A stretch of DNA of 64,000 nucleotides. Source: an uncultured Desulfatitalea sp. (GTDB taxonomy: Bacteria > Desulfobacterota > Desulfobacteria > Desulfobacterales > Desulfosarcinaceae). This document shows, one piece after another, positions 11,121 to 21,164 of the stretch. Under the pieces are notes generated by a model. It worked only from the letters and a program-made list of their open reading frames with translations. It did no database searches and was not told the DNA's origin. Made by a program: the position numbers and the translations under genes. The DNA lies in the NCBI GenBank assembly GCA_963668675.2, contig CAXXMB010000001.1, positions 544,001-608,000 on the forward strand, written 5' to 3'. Positions within the stretch are counted from its first letter, which is position 1. Each line of letters opens with the position of its first letter.

Positions 11121-11832
11121 TTTTTTTAAAGTGTTTGATAATTTTGGGGATGAAGAAGGAGAAGATGAACAGGGCGATGGAGAAAAAGACTTTGAATGAG
11201 ATGAGCTCTGTGTAGTTGCCTGACGCGATGACCTCTTTGACGGTGCCGATGAAGAAGGTGAAGATGAAGGTGCCGACGATGATGCCCAAACCGGTTCCCC
11301 AGACGTAGTCCGTGAATTTTACTTTGGTCAATCCCATGCCGAAGTTCATGGGGGTGAAGGGGAAGTAGACCAGACGCAGATAGAGTACGGTTGCAAATCC
11401 GTTGCGCTCGATGGCGTCGTCATACTTTTTGAGGCGGTCGCCGACGAGTCCGGCGGCAAACTCGCGGCCGAGGGTGCGTCCGATGATGAATGCACAGCTG
11501 GCGCCGATCATGGCGCCGATCCATACGTAGAGAAATCCCCAATAGGGCCCGAAGATCGCAGCGCCCAGGCCGGTCAACAGGGTGCCGGGTATAAACAGGC
11601 AAACGCCGGCAGCATAGATCATAATGTATGCGATGGGAGCCCATATTCCGGCCTGCTTGAGGAAATCACCCAAAAATTGAGCGCTAAAAAATGCTTTGAT
11701 CGGTGTGAATCGTACAACGACAATGGCGGCTGCAATAAAGAGTACAAAGATCGTCACTTTAACGATGGACTTGGATCGATTTTGGGCTTGGGTTGAAGCT
11801 TGGGTGGGCGCTTGGGGGGCAGTATCATTCAT
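11086..11832 (-). CDS. TVP38/TMEM64 (VTT/DedA superfamily) membrane protein
   Basis: Hydrophobic; FIPGTLLTGLGAAIFG, FIIGRTLGR and LRLVYFPF..NFGMGLT motifs. Confidence 0.9.
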   Translation of the reverse strand: MNDTAPQAPTQASTQAQNRSKSIVKVTIFVLFIAAAIVVVRFTPIKAFFSAQFLGDFLKQAGIWAPIAYIMIYAAGVCLFIPGTLLTGLGAAIFGPYWGFLYVWIGAMIGASCAFIIGRTLGREFAAGLVGDRLKKYDDAIERNGFATVLYLRLVYFPFTPMNFGMGLTKVKFTDYVWGTGLGIIVGTFIFTFFIGTVKEVIASGNYTELISFKVFFSIALFIFSFFIPKIIKHFKKTGGDKPRPYDA

Positions 11833-13294
11833 GTTCGTTCTCCGGTAAGGTGCAGGCGCGTCCCTTTAGATTGAAGAAGAACTTCAATCCTTTTTGCATT
11901 TTTTCAGAAAAAATTTTGGGGGCAAACAGGGCGCCGGTGACTCTCTTGCTGATCTCGCCGATGGTGGGGTAGGGGTGAACCGCTGCGGCAAGTGTTGACA
12001 ACTTCACCTTTCCGTTCAGTGCCGCCACCCATTCACCGATCAATTCTCCGGCGTGCAGTCCCAATATCTGAACGCCCAATGGTTTTTCGCGCTTGTCGAG
12101 GACCAGCTTGATGCGGCCGGCGGTCTGTCCCTCGGCCAGGCTGCGGTCGTTGGATTCGAAGGGTTCGGTCCAGATGGTGGTTTCGATACCTGCCTGTTGG
12201 GCCATTCGTTCGTTCATGCCGATGCTGGCCAACTCCGGGTCGGTGTAGGTGCACCAGGGCAGGAAGGTGTAGTCCGCTTTGCGGGGCAGGTGAAAGATGG
12301 CGTTGCTGATGACGATGCTGCCTTCATACCCGGCGGCGTGGGTGAACTGATATCCGCCGTTGACGTCTCCGGCGGCGTAGATGTGCTTTTGGGTGGTGCG
12401 CATGCGCGGGTCGACGACGATGCCGGTGGGCTGGGTGCCGACACCGATCTGGTCGAGATTCAGGTCGTCGATATTGGGTGCGCGTCCCATGGCAACCAGG
12501 AGGGCATCTGCGGTCAGATGGACGGTTTCGCCTTTATGATCTTTAAGGGTCACCTCTTTCCGGCTGCCCTTTTGAGCGACCGATTCGATGGTGGCATTGA
12601 GTTGGAATTCTACACCTTCCGAGGTCAATACGGCCATGGCTTCATCGGCCATCTCTTTGTCTTCTTTGCCCAGGATTTGATCGGCGCGGTCTATCACGGT
12701 GATGTTGCTTCCGAGGCGGTTGAAGGCCTGTGCCATTTCGATGCCGATGGGGCCGGCTCCCAGGATGATCATGGTGGCCGGCAACTGGTCCAGATAGAAG
12801 ATCTCCCTGTTCGTGAGGTAGGAGGTGGCTTCAAGGCCGGGTATGGGCGGTGCAATGGGGGACGAGCCGGTGGCGATGACCCAGTTTTTGGCTGTGAAAA
12901 CCTTGCTTCCCATGCGGATGGTGTGCTCGTCTGTAAACCGGGCCTCTCCGAACTCGACCTGAACGCCCAGGCCACAGAAGCGCTCTTGTGAATCGTGCTT
13001 TTGAATGGTTGCGACCACGGCGCGGATGCGGTCGCTGACAGCCTTGAAATCGACGGGCGGTATCTCTATGGACGGCAGACCATAGTGCGCCGCATGCTTC
13101 ATCTGGTGGTAGACATGGGCGCTTTTGATGAGGGTCTTGCTGGGGACGCATCCGAAATGGAGACAATCGCCTCCCAGTGCCTGCTCTTTTTCTACCAGTA
13201 GTGTCTTGGCGCCGAGTTGGGCGGCTCCTGAGGCCACGGTCAAGCCGGCTGCACCACCGCCGATGATGCCGATGTCATAATCGAAAGTGCTCAT
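11825..13294 (-). CDS. FAD-dependent pyridine nucleotide-disulfide oxidoreductase (Lpd/MerA-like)
   Basis: GGGAAG, redox disulfide GGDCLHFGCVPSK, GAGPIGIE, AAGDV, HPYPT; no vicinal C-terminal Cys pair. Confidence 0.9.
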   Translation of the reverse strand: MSTFDYDIGIIGGGAAGLTVASGAAQLGAKTLLVEKEQALGGDCLHFGCVPSKTLIKSAHVYHQMKHAAHYGLPSIEIPPVDFKAVSDRIRAVVATIQKHDSQERFCGLGVQVEFGEARFTDEHTIRMGSKVFTAKNWVIATGSSPIAPPIPGLEATSYLTNREIFYLDQLPATMIILGAGPIGIEMAQAFNRLGSNITVIDRADQILGKEDKEMADEAMAVLTSEGVEFQLNATIESVAQKGSRKEVTLKDHKGETVHLTADALLVAMGRAPNIDDLNLDQIGVGTQPTGIVVDPRMRTTQKHIYAAGDVNGGYQFTHAAGYEGSIVISNAIFHLPRKADYTFLPWCTYTDPELASIGMNERMAQQAGIETTIWTEPFESNDRSLAEGQTAGRIKLVLDKREKPLGVQILGLHAGELIGEWVAALNGKVKLSTLAAAVHPYPTIGEISKRVTGALFAPKIFSEKMQKGLKFFFNLKGRACTLPENEHE

Positions 13295-13306
13295 TGAGTA
13301 CCTCTG

Positions 13307-14065
13307 CTATTTGCCGTTCAGTGACCAGTCGTAGTCCAGGTATTTTATCTCCACTTTGGACGAATATTTTTTAAGTTCCTGCTTAAAATCGTCTTTGGCA
13401 TATTTTAGGAAAAAATTGAGGATGCCATCCTTAAAGTCTTCCGCATACCATTTGAAAATTCGGCTGACGTACAAGGTGTCATCTCGGATATAGTTGCTTT
13501 TGGGATTGTTGATGAACGCCGCGGTCACCTGGTCGAGTTGGTCTTCCAGGCGATTGCCCGTATAGGGCTCACCCAATAAGGGCGGGCAGCTTTTCGAGGC
13601 GCAGTTGACGGCAAAGTGGATACGGGGGTCTTGATACTGCGGCCGCAGCAGATCGTGTTCGATGTGATCCAAGCTCACTTTTTTATTTTCGAGCACGACG
13701 ATTTTTTTGTCCCAGGGAGAGGAGAAGAGGCTTCCCGTATCTTTTATGGATTTGATGTCAGGATAGCGCGTCAGGATCAACTTGATGGTCCATGCGTTAT
13801 ACAGGTTAATGTAGAATGCCATTCGTTCCACTGGAGTTAGGTTCTCCGGGGAGATGTTCCCCAATTGCGATAGATATTGGTCTAACCGGGCTTCATTTTC
13901 TTTAAAGCCATTGTAATCAACCACGCCGTTGGCTACATTGCCCGCCAAAAGGTCTGCGTAGACGGTATGATCAATCGATGATTGCGCAATAACAGTGTAA
14001 GGTGCAGTAAGAAGCAGCAACGTTGCTGTGGTGAAAAGCAGCCTCCCTAATAAGCATCTCATCAT
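13307..14065 (-). CDS. DUF547 domain exported protein
   Basis: Signal-peptide-like N-terminus; AFYINLYNA, LDHIEH, DPRIHFAVNCASKSCPPL, SRIFKWY, YDWSLN. Confidence 0.9.
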   Translation of the reverse strand: MMRCLLGRLLFTTATLLLLTAPYTVIAQSSIDHTVYADLLAGNVANGVVDYNGFKENEARLDQYLSQLGNISPENLTPVERMAFYINLYNAWTIKLILTRYPDIKSIKDTGSLFSSPWDKKIVVLENKKVSLDHIEHDLLRPQYQDPRIHFAVNCASKSCPPLLGEPYTGNRLEDQLDQVTAAFINNPKSNYIRDDTLYVSRIFKWYAEDFKDGILNFFLKYAKDDFKQELKKYSSKVEIKYLDYDWSLNGK

Positions 14066-14100
14066 CGATCTTTTCCTTTTTTGCGTCACTATCTATTTCA

Positions 14101-14232
14101 CTACAATGCCCACGGATGGCAAAGATGGCTGTGTATACAAACGACCCTCAACTCCTTGATGTTTCGCTGTTTGGTCGCCTCAACGCCTCGTTCCTTACGA
14201 CAACCTATCGGAGATACACCAATTAGCGCCAT
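14101..14232 (-). CDS. Putative 43-aa Cys/His-rich small protein
   Basis: MALIGVSPIGCRKERGVEATKQRNIKELRVVCIHSHLCHPWAL; co-directional with, and ending 11-35 nt before, the DUF547 gene; RBS weak. Confidence 0.5.
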   Translation of the reverse strand: MALIGVSPIGCRKERGVEATKQRNIKELRVVCIHSHLCHPWAL

Positions 14233-14382
14233 CGTATATCGACGTTCAATAAACTTAGGTCGGCTAAAGTCGTTGTGCAACCGTTTGAATAAAATGGAGT
14301 GAATTTCATCCGGTTTTTCAATTAGCGTTGCATACGCTGGCATGATATAAGGTGTTGAAATTCAATAGGTGAGGCAAAAAAA

Positions 14383-14480
14383 TGGCGGAAGTGCATGGGA
14401 ATCGAACCCACCCGGGACGGTTTTAGCGCCCCACACCGGATTTGAAGTCCGGGAGCCCCACCAGTGAGCTGTCCACTTCC
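14383..14480 (-). tRNA. selC: tRNA-Sec (anticodon UCA)
   Basis: Reverse strand GGAAGTGG...CCGGA-CTTCAAA-TCCGG, long variable arm, GTGGG-TTCGATT-CCCAT, GCACTTCC-GCCA; 98 nt with encoded CCA. Confidence 0.95.
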
Positions 14481-14498
14481 GCAGGTGGTTTGAGCGGT

Positions 14499-14526
14499 AT
14501 TTTAACGATGCGAAATAAATTGTCAA
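14499..14526 (-). promoter_or_regulatory. sigma70 promoter of selC
   Basis: Minus strand TTGACA-N16-TAAAAT ending 18 nt before the tRNA 5' end. Confidence 0.65.
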
Positions 14527-14641
14527 CCGCTAAAGGCAAAGGTGGATGATGCTGCCAATGGTTGGAAGTGATGGAGCGGTCAGCGACGCTGCTCTTGGAG
14601 ATCATACGCTTATACAGCGAAGAGAAGGAGTTTCACCTGGC

Positions 14642-15829
14642 ATGAGATTGGCTTATTTCGACTGTTTTTCCGGCATCAGTGGCGACATGACGTTGGGCGC
14701 TTTGGTTCACTTGGGGGTGCCGGTCGATTGGTTGCGGGATCGGTTGCGGGTGTTGCCGTTGAAGGACTTTGACCTTCGATCCCGGGTGGTTGCACGGCAT
14801 GGCATCACTGCCGTTCAGGTCGAGGTGATATCGATGGAGACGCATCACCACAGGGATTTTCAGCATATCCAGGCACTCATCGGGAACAGTTCTCTTTCAG
14901 ACGGCGTGAAGGCAAAGAGTTTGGCCATATTCGATCGCATTGCCGAAGCCGAAGCCAAAATCCATGGGTGCGACAAGGAGAAGGTCCATTTTCATGAGGT
15001 GGGCGGCGTCGATGCCATCGTGGATATCGTTGGCTCCTGTTTGGGGTTGGAGCGGTTGGGGATAGATGGGGTGGCCGCATCCGCCTTGCCCACGGGGGGG
15101 GGCTTCGTGCGCTGCGCCCATGGTGTGCTGCCGGTTCCGGCACCGGCAACGCTTGAAATCCTGAAGGGGTTGCCCATGTATGGCAATGGCATTGAGAAGG
15201 AGTTGGTGACGCCCACGGGAGCGGCCATCCTTGCCGCCACCGCCAAAAGCTTTGGGCCGGTTCCGCCGATGACGATAGAGCAGATCGGTTACGGGGCGGG
15301 CACCCTCGAACTGGAACATCAACCCAACCTGCTGCGGGTGTTGTTGGGGACGCTGGTCAATGCATGGCAAGTGGACGGATCGCAACGACTGGTGATGGTC
15401 GAGACCAATATCGATGACATGAATCCGGAAATTTTCAGCTATGTGATGGAGCGCCTGTTCGAAGACGGCGCCCTGGATGTGTTTTGGGTGCCGGTCTATA
15501 TGAAAAAGAACCGGCCTGGCACCATGGTGCAGGTGTTGTGTGAGCCGTCACGCAAAGATGCCATTGTTCGGCGCATGTTGACGGAAACCTCGTCACTGGG
15601 GGTTCGATTCCATGAGGTCTATCGCACTGCGTTGGAGCGGGAGGCGGTTACGTTGGAATCGCCTTTCGGAAAAATCGAGGCCAAAAAAATAAAGGGTTTG
15701 GAGGATGGTGATCGTATCGTTCCCGAATATGAGGTCTGCAAACGGATCGCCATTGAAAAGGGGCTGCCGCTCCAGAAGGTATACGCTGCCATTTTGAAAA
15801 GAGGGGTCATATCGGACGAAAAGGCTTAA
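14642..15829 (+). CDS. larC: Nickel pincer cofactor nickel insertase LarC
   Basis: YFDCFSGISGDMTLGAL, HFHEVGGVDAIVD, HGVLPVPAPAT, ELVTPTGAA, ETNIDD, MKKNRPG, PEYE. Confidence 0.93.
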   Translation: MRLAYFDCFSGISGDMTLGALVHLGVPVDWLRDRLRVLPLKDFDLRSRVVARHGITAVQVEVISMETHHHRDFQHIQALIGNSSLSDGVKAKSLAIFDRIAEAEAKIHGCDKEKVHFHEVGGVDAIVDIVGSCLGLERLGIDGVAASALPTGGGFVRCAHGVLPVPAPATLEILKGLPMYGNGIEKELVTPTGAAILAATAKSFGPVPPMTIEQIGYGAGTLELEHQPNLLRVLLGTLVNAWQVDGSQRLVMVETNIDDMNPEIFSYVMERLFEDGALDVFWVPVYMKKNRPGTMVQVLCEPSRKDAIVRRMLTETSSLGVRFHEVYRTALEREAVTLESPFGKIEAKKIKGLEDGDRIVPEYEVCKRIAIEKGLPLQKVYAAILKRGVISDEKA

Positions 15830-16016
15830 GGGATCGTTTTTTTCTTTTTCGATCAAGTGCTTGCCATCACATGTTGCAACTTGCAAAAGAGCACTGCCTG
15901 TTTTTTAGGAGGGGAGATGAGACAACACCCTGTAACCGTTCAAAAGTCGTGTGGTTGCGCCTAGTTGCCACGAACAACGCCTTGACAAAGTTCAAGGCAA
16001 CATATAGAAGCGGGCC

Positions 16017-16478
16017 ATGCTTTCCAGACGCCACGTGGTGATTTTTTTGGCGACCGGCGGATACGTCGGACGCATACCGATGGCGCCCGGTACGTTCGGA
16101 TCTCTCATCGGCCTTCCTGTGGCGTATGCCCTATCGAAAATGAGTTGGCCATGGGCGGCTGCAGTCGTCATCCTTTTGACCGCTTTAGCTGTGTGGAGTG
16201 CCGGTGAGGCTGCGCGTCAGCTTGGCGTCAAAGACCCGGGGAGCATCGTCATCGATGAGATTGCCGGCATGGCAGTGGCCCTTTTGGGCTTGCCTTTCAA
16301 CATTGCGACGGTGGTAGCGGGTTTTGCGCTCTTCAGGATTTTCGACATTGCCAAACCGCCTCCCGTGCGACAACTCGACCGAAACATCGGTGGCGGATGG
16401 GGCATTGTGCTGGATGATATCGCGGCCGGTATCATGGCGAACATTGTCTTGAGAGCCGGATTGCTTATAATGAGCTGA
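16017..16478 (+). CDS. pgpA: Phosphatidylglycerophosphatase A
   Basis: APGTFGS, DPGSIVIDE, FRIFDIAKP, GIVLDD. Confidence 0.93.
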   Translation: MLSRRHVVIFLATGGYVGRIPMAPGTFGSLIGLPVAYALSKMSWPWAAAVVILLTALAVWSAGEAARQLGVKDPGSIVIDEIAGMAVALLGLPFNIATVVAGFALFRIFDIAKPPPVRQLDRNIGGGWGIVLDDIAAGIMANIVLRAGLLIMS

Positions 16479-16545
16479 TGTTTGACTGAAATTTAACACC
16501 TTCCGCACAGCGGAATCTGGGATTGCAACGAGGTAGAGAAGCGAT

Positions 16546-17193
16546 TTGAAAAATGACCCGAACAAGGAACCCGCTCCGTCGTCCAAGCCTGGCAAAGGCA
16601 AACTTCGTGAAAATGTCGAGGCACTTGTCATTGCCATTCTTCTGGCGTTGTTCATTCGCACCTTTGTGGTGCAGGCGTTCAAGATTCCCTCGGGTTCCAT
16701 GAAAAACACGCTGCTGATCGGTGACTACATCCTGGTCAATAAATTCATCTACGGCGTCAAGATACCCTTTACCGACATCACCATGATCCCCATCTCAGAG
16801 CCTGATCGCGGTGATATCGTCGTTTTCAAGTACCCTGACGATCCGAGCAAGGACTTTATCAAGCGCGTCGTTGCAGTGGGCGGCGAAACCGTAGAGATAG
16901 CGAATAAGCAGGTGTACGTGGATGGTGAACTTCAGAAAAATCCATTTGCCATCCATGTCGATCCGCGGATTATCCCAAAGGCGTACCAGCCCAGGGACTA
17001 TTTTGGCCCGGTAACCGTGCCCGAGGGCAAGCTGTTCGTCATGGGTGACAATCGGGACGAGAGCAACGACAGCCGCTTCTGGGGCTTCGTGGACGAGTCG
17101 GCATTGCGGGGAAAGGCGTTCATGATCTACTGGTCATGGGACAAACAGGATTTTAATGTGCGTTGGAAAAGGCTGACCAATATTATCCACTGA
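16546..17193 (+). CDS. lepB: Signal peptidase I
   Basis: [27 protein letters not shown]. Confidence 0.95.
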   Translation: MKNDPNKEPAPSSKPGKGKLRENVEALVIAILLALFIRTFVVQAFKIPSGSMKNTLLIGDYILVNKFIYGVKIPFTDITMIPISEPDRGDIVVFKYPDDPSKDFIKRVVAVGGETVEIANKQVYVDGELQKNPFAIHVDPRIIPKAYQPRDYFGPVTVPEGKLFVMGDNRDESNDSRFWGFVDESALRGKAFMIYWSWDKQDFNVRWKRLTNIIH

Positions 17194-17264
17194 CGCCGGA
17201 TCAGCATCGCGCCGCAACCGATTCATCCGCTTCGTCAACGCAACCTTCTCAGCGTAGGATGGCC

Positions 17265-18203
17265 ATGCCGCTGGAAAGAAAAGACATCCTCGATATTGCA
17301 TCGCTTTCACAGCAGGAGATCCAACTGATCCTGGATACTGCTGACAGCATGAAAGAGATTTCCGAAAGGCCCATCAAAAAGGTTCCCACCTTAAGGGGCA
17401 AGACCGTCATACTCTTTTTCTACGAGCCCAGCACCCGCACCCGCATGTCGTTCGATCTGGCCGCCAAGCGTTTGAGCGCGGACAGCCTCTCGATATCTGC
17501 CAGTGTGAGCAGTCTGGTCAAAGGCGAAACCCTGCTCGACACGGCCCGCACCCTGGAGGCGATGCATCCCGATGTGGTGGTGTTGCGCCATGCCTATTCG
17601 GGCGCGCCCCAGTTCCTGGCCGGTCGCCTCAAGGCATCGGTGATCAATGCCGGAGACGGTACCCACGCCCATCCCAGCCAGGCGCTGTTGGATATGTTGA
17701 CGGTGCGTCAGGTAAAAGGGACATTGGAAGGCCTTAACGTGGCCATTGTGGGCGATATCGCCCACAGCCGGGTGGCGCGCTCCAATATCGAAGGGTTCAC
17801 CAAAATGGGCTCCCAAGTGGTGGTGGCAGGACCGCCCACCATGATGCCCAGGGGTATCGAAACCCTCGGCGCCAAGGTGGCCGCGACCATAGAGGATGCC
17901 GTCGAGGGCGCCGATGTGGTGATGATGCTGCGCATACAGAAAGAGCGCCAGAAGCGATTTGCCATGGCCACCGAGCGTGAATACGCCTGTCAGTACGGGT
18001 TGAATCGGAAGCGTATTTCCCTGGCAAAGCCGGATGCGGTGATCCTGCACCCCGGCCCGATCAACCGGGGGGTGGAGATTGCACCGGATGTGGCCGACGG
18101 ACCCCGTTCTTTGATTCTGGACCAAGTGACCAATGGGGTGGCTGTGCGCATGGCACTCCTTTTTATGGTGTTAGGAGGCAGTCGGAATGCCAATTCTGAT
18201 TAG
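17265..18203 (+). CDS. pyrB: Aspartate carbamoyltransferase catalytic subunit
   Basis: [40 protein letters not shown]; start 17259 or 17265. Confidence 0.95.
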   Translation: MPLERKDILDIASLSQQEIQLILDTADSMKEISERPIKKVPTLRGKTVILFFYEPSTRTRMSFDLAAKRLSADSLSISASVSSLVKGETLLDTARTLEAMHPDVVVLRHAYSGAPQFLAGRLKASVINAGDGTHAHPSQALLDMLTVRQVKGTLEGLNVAIVGDIAHSRVARSNIEGFTKMGSQVVVAGPPTMMPRGIETLGAKVAATIEDAVEGADVVMMLRIQKERQKRFAMATEREYACQYGLNRKRISLAKPDAVILHPGPINRGVEIAPDVADGPRSLILDQVTNGVAVRMALLFMVLGGSRNANSD

Positions 18204-19485
18204 AGGCGCCCGGGTCATCGATCCGGGCAACCTGGACCAGGTCAGCGATGTGCTGATCTCAAAAGGTGTTATCGAAGCCGTTCAGCCGGCCGGTACAATA
18301 GAGGTCACAGGTCCCGACGTGGAGGCGATCGATGGCAATGGCTTATGGCTCACTCCGGGCTTGATCGACATGCACGTCCACTTCCGCGAACCGGGCCAGG
18401 AGCATAAGGAGACCATCCTAACGGGCAGCCGGGCAGCCGCCGCCGGCGGCTTCACGGCCGTGGTCACCATGCCCAACACAGAACCGGTGAATGACGATCC
18501 GGCCATTACGGCCCTTATGCTCGACAAGGCCGCCGAGGCGGGTCTTGTGAGGCTCTATCCGGTGGCTGCCATCAGCAAGGGGATCAAGGGCGAGCAACTA
18601 TGCGAGTTTGGAGAGCTTAAAGCGGCCGGGGCGATCGGGGTGAGCGATGACGGCCGGCCTGTGATGAACGGTCAGCTGATGCGACGCGCGCTGGAGTATG
18701 CCGCCGCATTCAACCTTCTGGTCATCTCCCACTGTGAAGACCTCCATCTGGCCGAAGGCGGCGCCATGAACGAAGGTGCCAATGCGACCCGCATGGGCCT
18801 GGGCGGGATCCCCAATGCGTCGGAGAGCGTCATGGTGATGCGCGACATCGCCCTGGCCCAGCTGACCGGGGCCCGAGTGCACATTGCCCATGTGAGCACG
18901 CGTGAATCGGTGGCCGCCATTCGGAAGGCCAAGGAGGAGGGGGTGCCGGTGACCGCAGAAACAGCGCCCCACTACTTTACGCTCACAGACGCGGCCGTGG
19001 ATGGATACAACACGAACGCCAAGATGAATCCGCCTTTGAGATCGGAGCAGGATCGCCAGGCGATACGCCAGGGTTTGGCCGATGGCACATTGGATGTCAT
19101 CGCCACGGACCATGCACCGCACTCCGTGCTGGAGAAAGAGGTGGAGTTTGACCTTGCAGCCAACGGTATCGTTGGGTTGGAGACCTCCCTTCCGCTCGGC
19201 TTAAAGCTGGTCGAAGAGGGGGTGTTGTCCATAGAGGCGCTCATTGAGAAAATGGCCGCTGGTCCGGCCCGGATTCTGGGGCTTGAATGCGGTGTGCGTG
19301 TTGGCATGACTGCCGATTTGACCCTCATTGACCCGGCAGAGGAGTACGCCGTCAATGCCGCTGATTTCAAATCCAAAAGCCGCAACACTCCTTTTGAGGG
19401 GATGCAGCTCAAAGGCCGGGCCGTGATGACCATGGTGGGCGGAAAAGTGGTATATAATAGGAAGGAAGACGAATTACACTCCTAA
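18187..19485 (+). CDS. pyrC: Dihydroorotase
   Basis: [28 protein letters not shown]; overlaps pyrB. Confidence 0.95.
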   Translation: MPILIRGARVIDPGNLDQVSDVLISKGVIEAVQPAGTIEVTGPDVEAIDGNGLWLTPGLIDMHVHFREPGQEHKETILTGSRAAAAGGFTAVVTMPNTEPVNDDPAITALMLDKAAEAGLVRLYPVAAISKGIKGEQLCEFGELKAAGAIGVSDDGRPVMNGQLMRRALEYAAAFNLLVISHCEDLHLAEGGAMNEGANATRMGLGGIPNASESVMVMRDIALAQLTGARVHIAHVSTRESVAAIRKAKEEGVPVTAETAPHYFTLTDAAVDGYNTNAKMNPPLRSEQDRQAIRQGLADGTLDVIATDHAPHSVLEKEVEFDLAANGIVGLETSLPLGLKLVEEGVLSIEALIEKMAAGPARILGLECGVRVGMTADLTLIDPAEEYAVNAADFKSKSRNTPFEGMQLKGRAVMTMVGGKVVYNRKEDELHS

Positions 19486-19515
19486 TTATATAAGCCAAAG
19501 TAGCTTTCCCTTTGC

Positions 19516-19627
19516 CGTCATGCCGGCGAAGGCCGGCATCCAGAAGCGGTTTGAAAGACTGGATCCCGGCTTCCGCCGGGATGACGTGAAAAAGGCCGGG
19601 ATGGCGCAAAAAATTGTCGGGATGACG
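19516..19627. repeat. GTCA-type palindromic repeat cluster
   Basis: CGTCATGCCGGCGAAGGCCGGCATCCA ... TGGATCCCGGCTTCCGCCGGGATGACG plus two extra CGGGATGRCG half sites. Confidence 0.75.
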
Positions 19628-19751
19628 CAAAGAGAGTCGGAATCTTACAAACGTTGCGGGTTGCTCAGTTATCAGGGTAAGCAACGACCGGCGTGCGCTC
19701 GGAAGCGATCCTTAACTTAAAACCTCAATCTAAACACTTACACTATCTCCT

Positions 19752-21149
19752 ATGAATCCATCCGAAGCCCATCTGCTGATTGTCGACGACGAGCGGAGCA
19801 TGCGCGAACTGCTCGAGTACATGCTCTCCAAGGAAGGCTACAACATCGATCTGGCCGAAAACGGGCGCAAGGCCGTGGAAGCGATCCAGGCAAAAGATTA
19901 CGACCTGGTGCTCAGCGACATCAAACTGGGCGATCTGACCGGTCTGGATGTGCTGCGCGCCGCCAAGCAGAAGAACCCCAATATCGTCGTTATCATGATT
20001 TCGGCCTTTGCCAGCACCGAAACAGCTGTCGAAGCGATGAACGATGGGGCCTATGACTACGTGCCCAAGCCCTTCGACAATGACGAGCTGAAGGAGACCA
20101 TCTCCAATGCCCTGGAGCGCAAGACCCTGGACGCCGAACGCCAGGTCATGGAGGACGAGCTTAAAAGCACCGTTCATTTCGACCGAATCGTAGGCAGCAG
20201 CCCCCGCATGCTGCACATCTACCAGATGGTGCGGCAGGTGGCCAAGACGCGCACCAATGTACTGATTACCGGTGAAAGCGGCACAGGAAAAGAGCTCATC
20301 GCCCGCGCCATCCACGACAACAGCGAGCGCGCTGACCAACCCTTTATCCCGGTCAACTGCGGCGGCATCCCCGAAACCTTGGTGGAGAGCGAGTTTTTCG
20401 GGCACAAAAAGGGCGCCTTCACAGGTGCCAGTCAGGACAAGATGGGCCTTCTGGAGGCCGCCCATGGCGGCACCATCTTTCTGGACGAAGTGGGCGAACT
20501 GAGCATGACCATGCAGGTCAAGCTGCTGCGCGCCGTTCAGGAACGGTCATTTCGCGCCGTGGGCGGCACCCGTGACATCAGTGTGGACATCCGCATCATC
20601 TCGGCCACCAACAAACAGCTCGAGGACGAAGTGATCGAAGGGCGCTTTCGTGAAGACCTGTTTTATAGGCTCAACGTCATCGAAATCAAGGTGCCCGCAC
20701 TGCGCGAGCGCAAAGGCGACCTCAGGATCCTAACCCAGCACTTCATCGAAAAGTTCAGCAAGGAGATGGGCAAAGAGGTGACCAAGGTCTCCTCCTATGC
20801 CATTGATCTGCTTAAAAAATACAACTTCCCGGGCAACGTGCGCGAACTGGAAAACCTCATCGAACGCTCGGTGGCCCTTTCCAGCACCAATATCCTGCTG
20901 CCCGACAGCCTCGCCATGTCCATCCACAAACGCCGTTGGATTGAAGGGGTCCAAAACAAGCGTTTCGACCTCGACGAGGTGCCCCACGGCGTGGCGCTTG
21001 ACAATATTTTGGCGGATATCGAACAAGCCTACCTGAAAAAAGCCCTGGAGTGCACCGGCGGCAACAAAAACAAAGCCGCCGAACTGCTGGGCATCACCTT
21101 CCGCTCCTTCCGTTACCGGCTGGACAAGCTCAATCTCGATTCGGATTAG
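19752..21149 (+). CDS. pilR: sigma54-dependent response regulator, PilR-like
   Basis: Receiver (IVDDE), GESGTGKE, GAFTGA, FREDLFYRLNV, HTH ending SFRYRLDKL; immediately upstream of the pilin. Confidence 0.85.
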   Translation: MNPSEAHLLIVDDERSMRELLEYMLSKEGYNIDLAENGRKAVEAIQAKDYDLVLSDIKLGDLTGLDVLRAAKQKNPNIVVIMISAFASTETAVEAMNDGAYDYVPKPFDNDELKETISNALERKTLDAERQVMEDELKSTVHFDRIVGSSPRMLHIYQMVRQVAKTRTNVLITGESGTGKELIARAIHDNSERADQPFIPVNCGGIPETLVESEFFGHKKGAFTGASQDKMGLLEAAHGGTIFLDEVGELSMTMQVKLLRAVQERSFRAVGGTRDISVDIRIISATNKQLEDEVIEGRFREDLFYRLNVIEIKVPALRERKGDLRILTQHFIEKFSKEMGKEVTKVSSYAIDLLKKYNFPGNVRELENLIERSVALSSTNILLPDSLAMSIHKRRWIEGVQNKRFDLDEVPHGVALDNILADIEQAYLKKALECTGGNKNKAAELLGITFRSFRYRLDKLNLDSD

Positions 21150-21164
21150 CCCGCGCCCCCCTAC

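Noticed and set aside
11825..11832. Sec read-through of the reductase TGA stop, given the nearby tRNA-Sec
   Set aside because: The TGA lies within the start of the next gene (translational overlap) and no SECIS-like hairpin was recognised.
11825..13294. Mercuric reductase MerA
   Set aside because: No vicinal C-terminal Cys-Cys, no NmerA domain and no mer operon genes nearby.
14340..14400. tRNA-Sec as a genomic island attachment site
   Set aside because: No integrase and no duplicate of the tRNA 3' end seen in the window.
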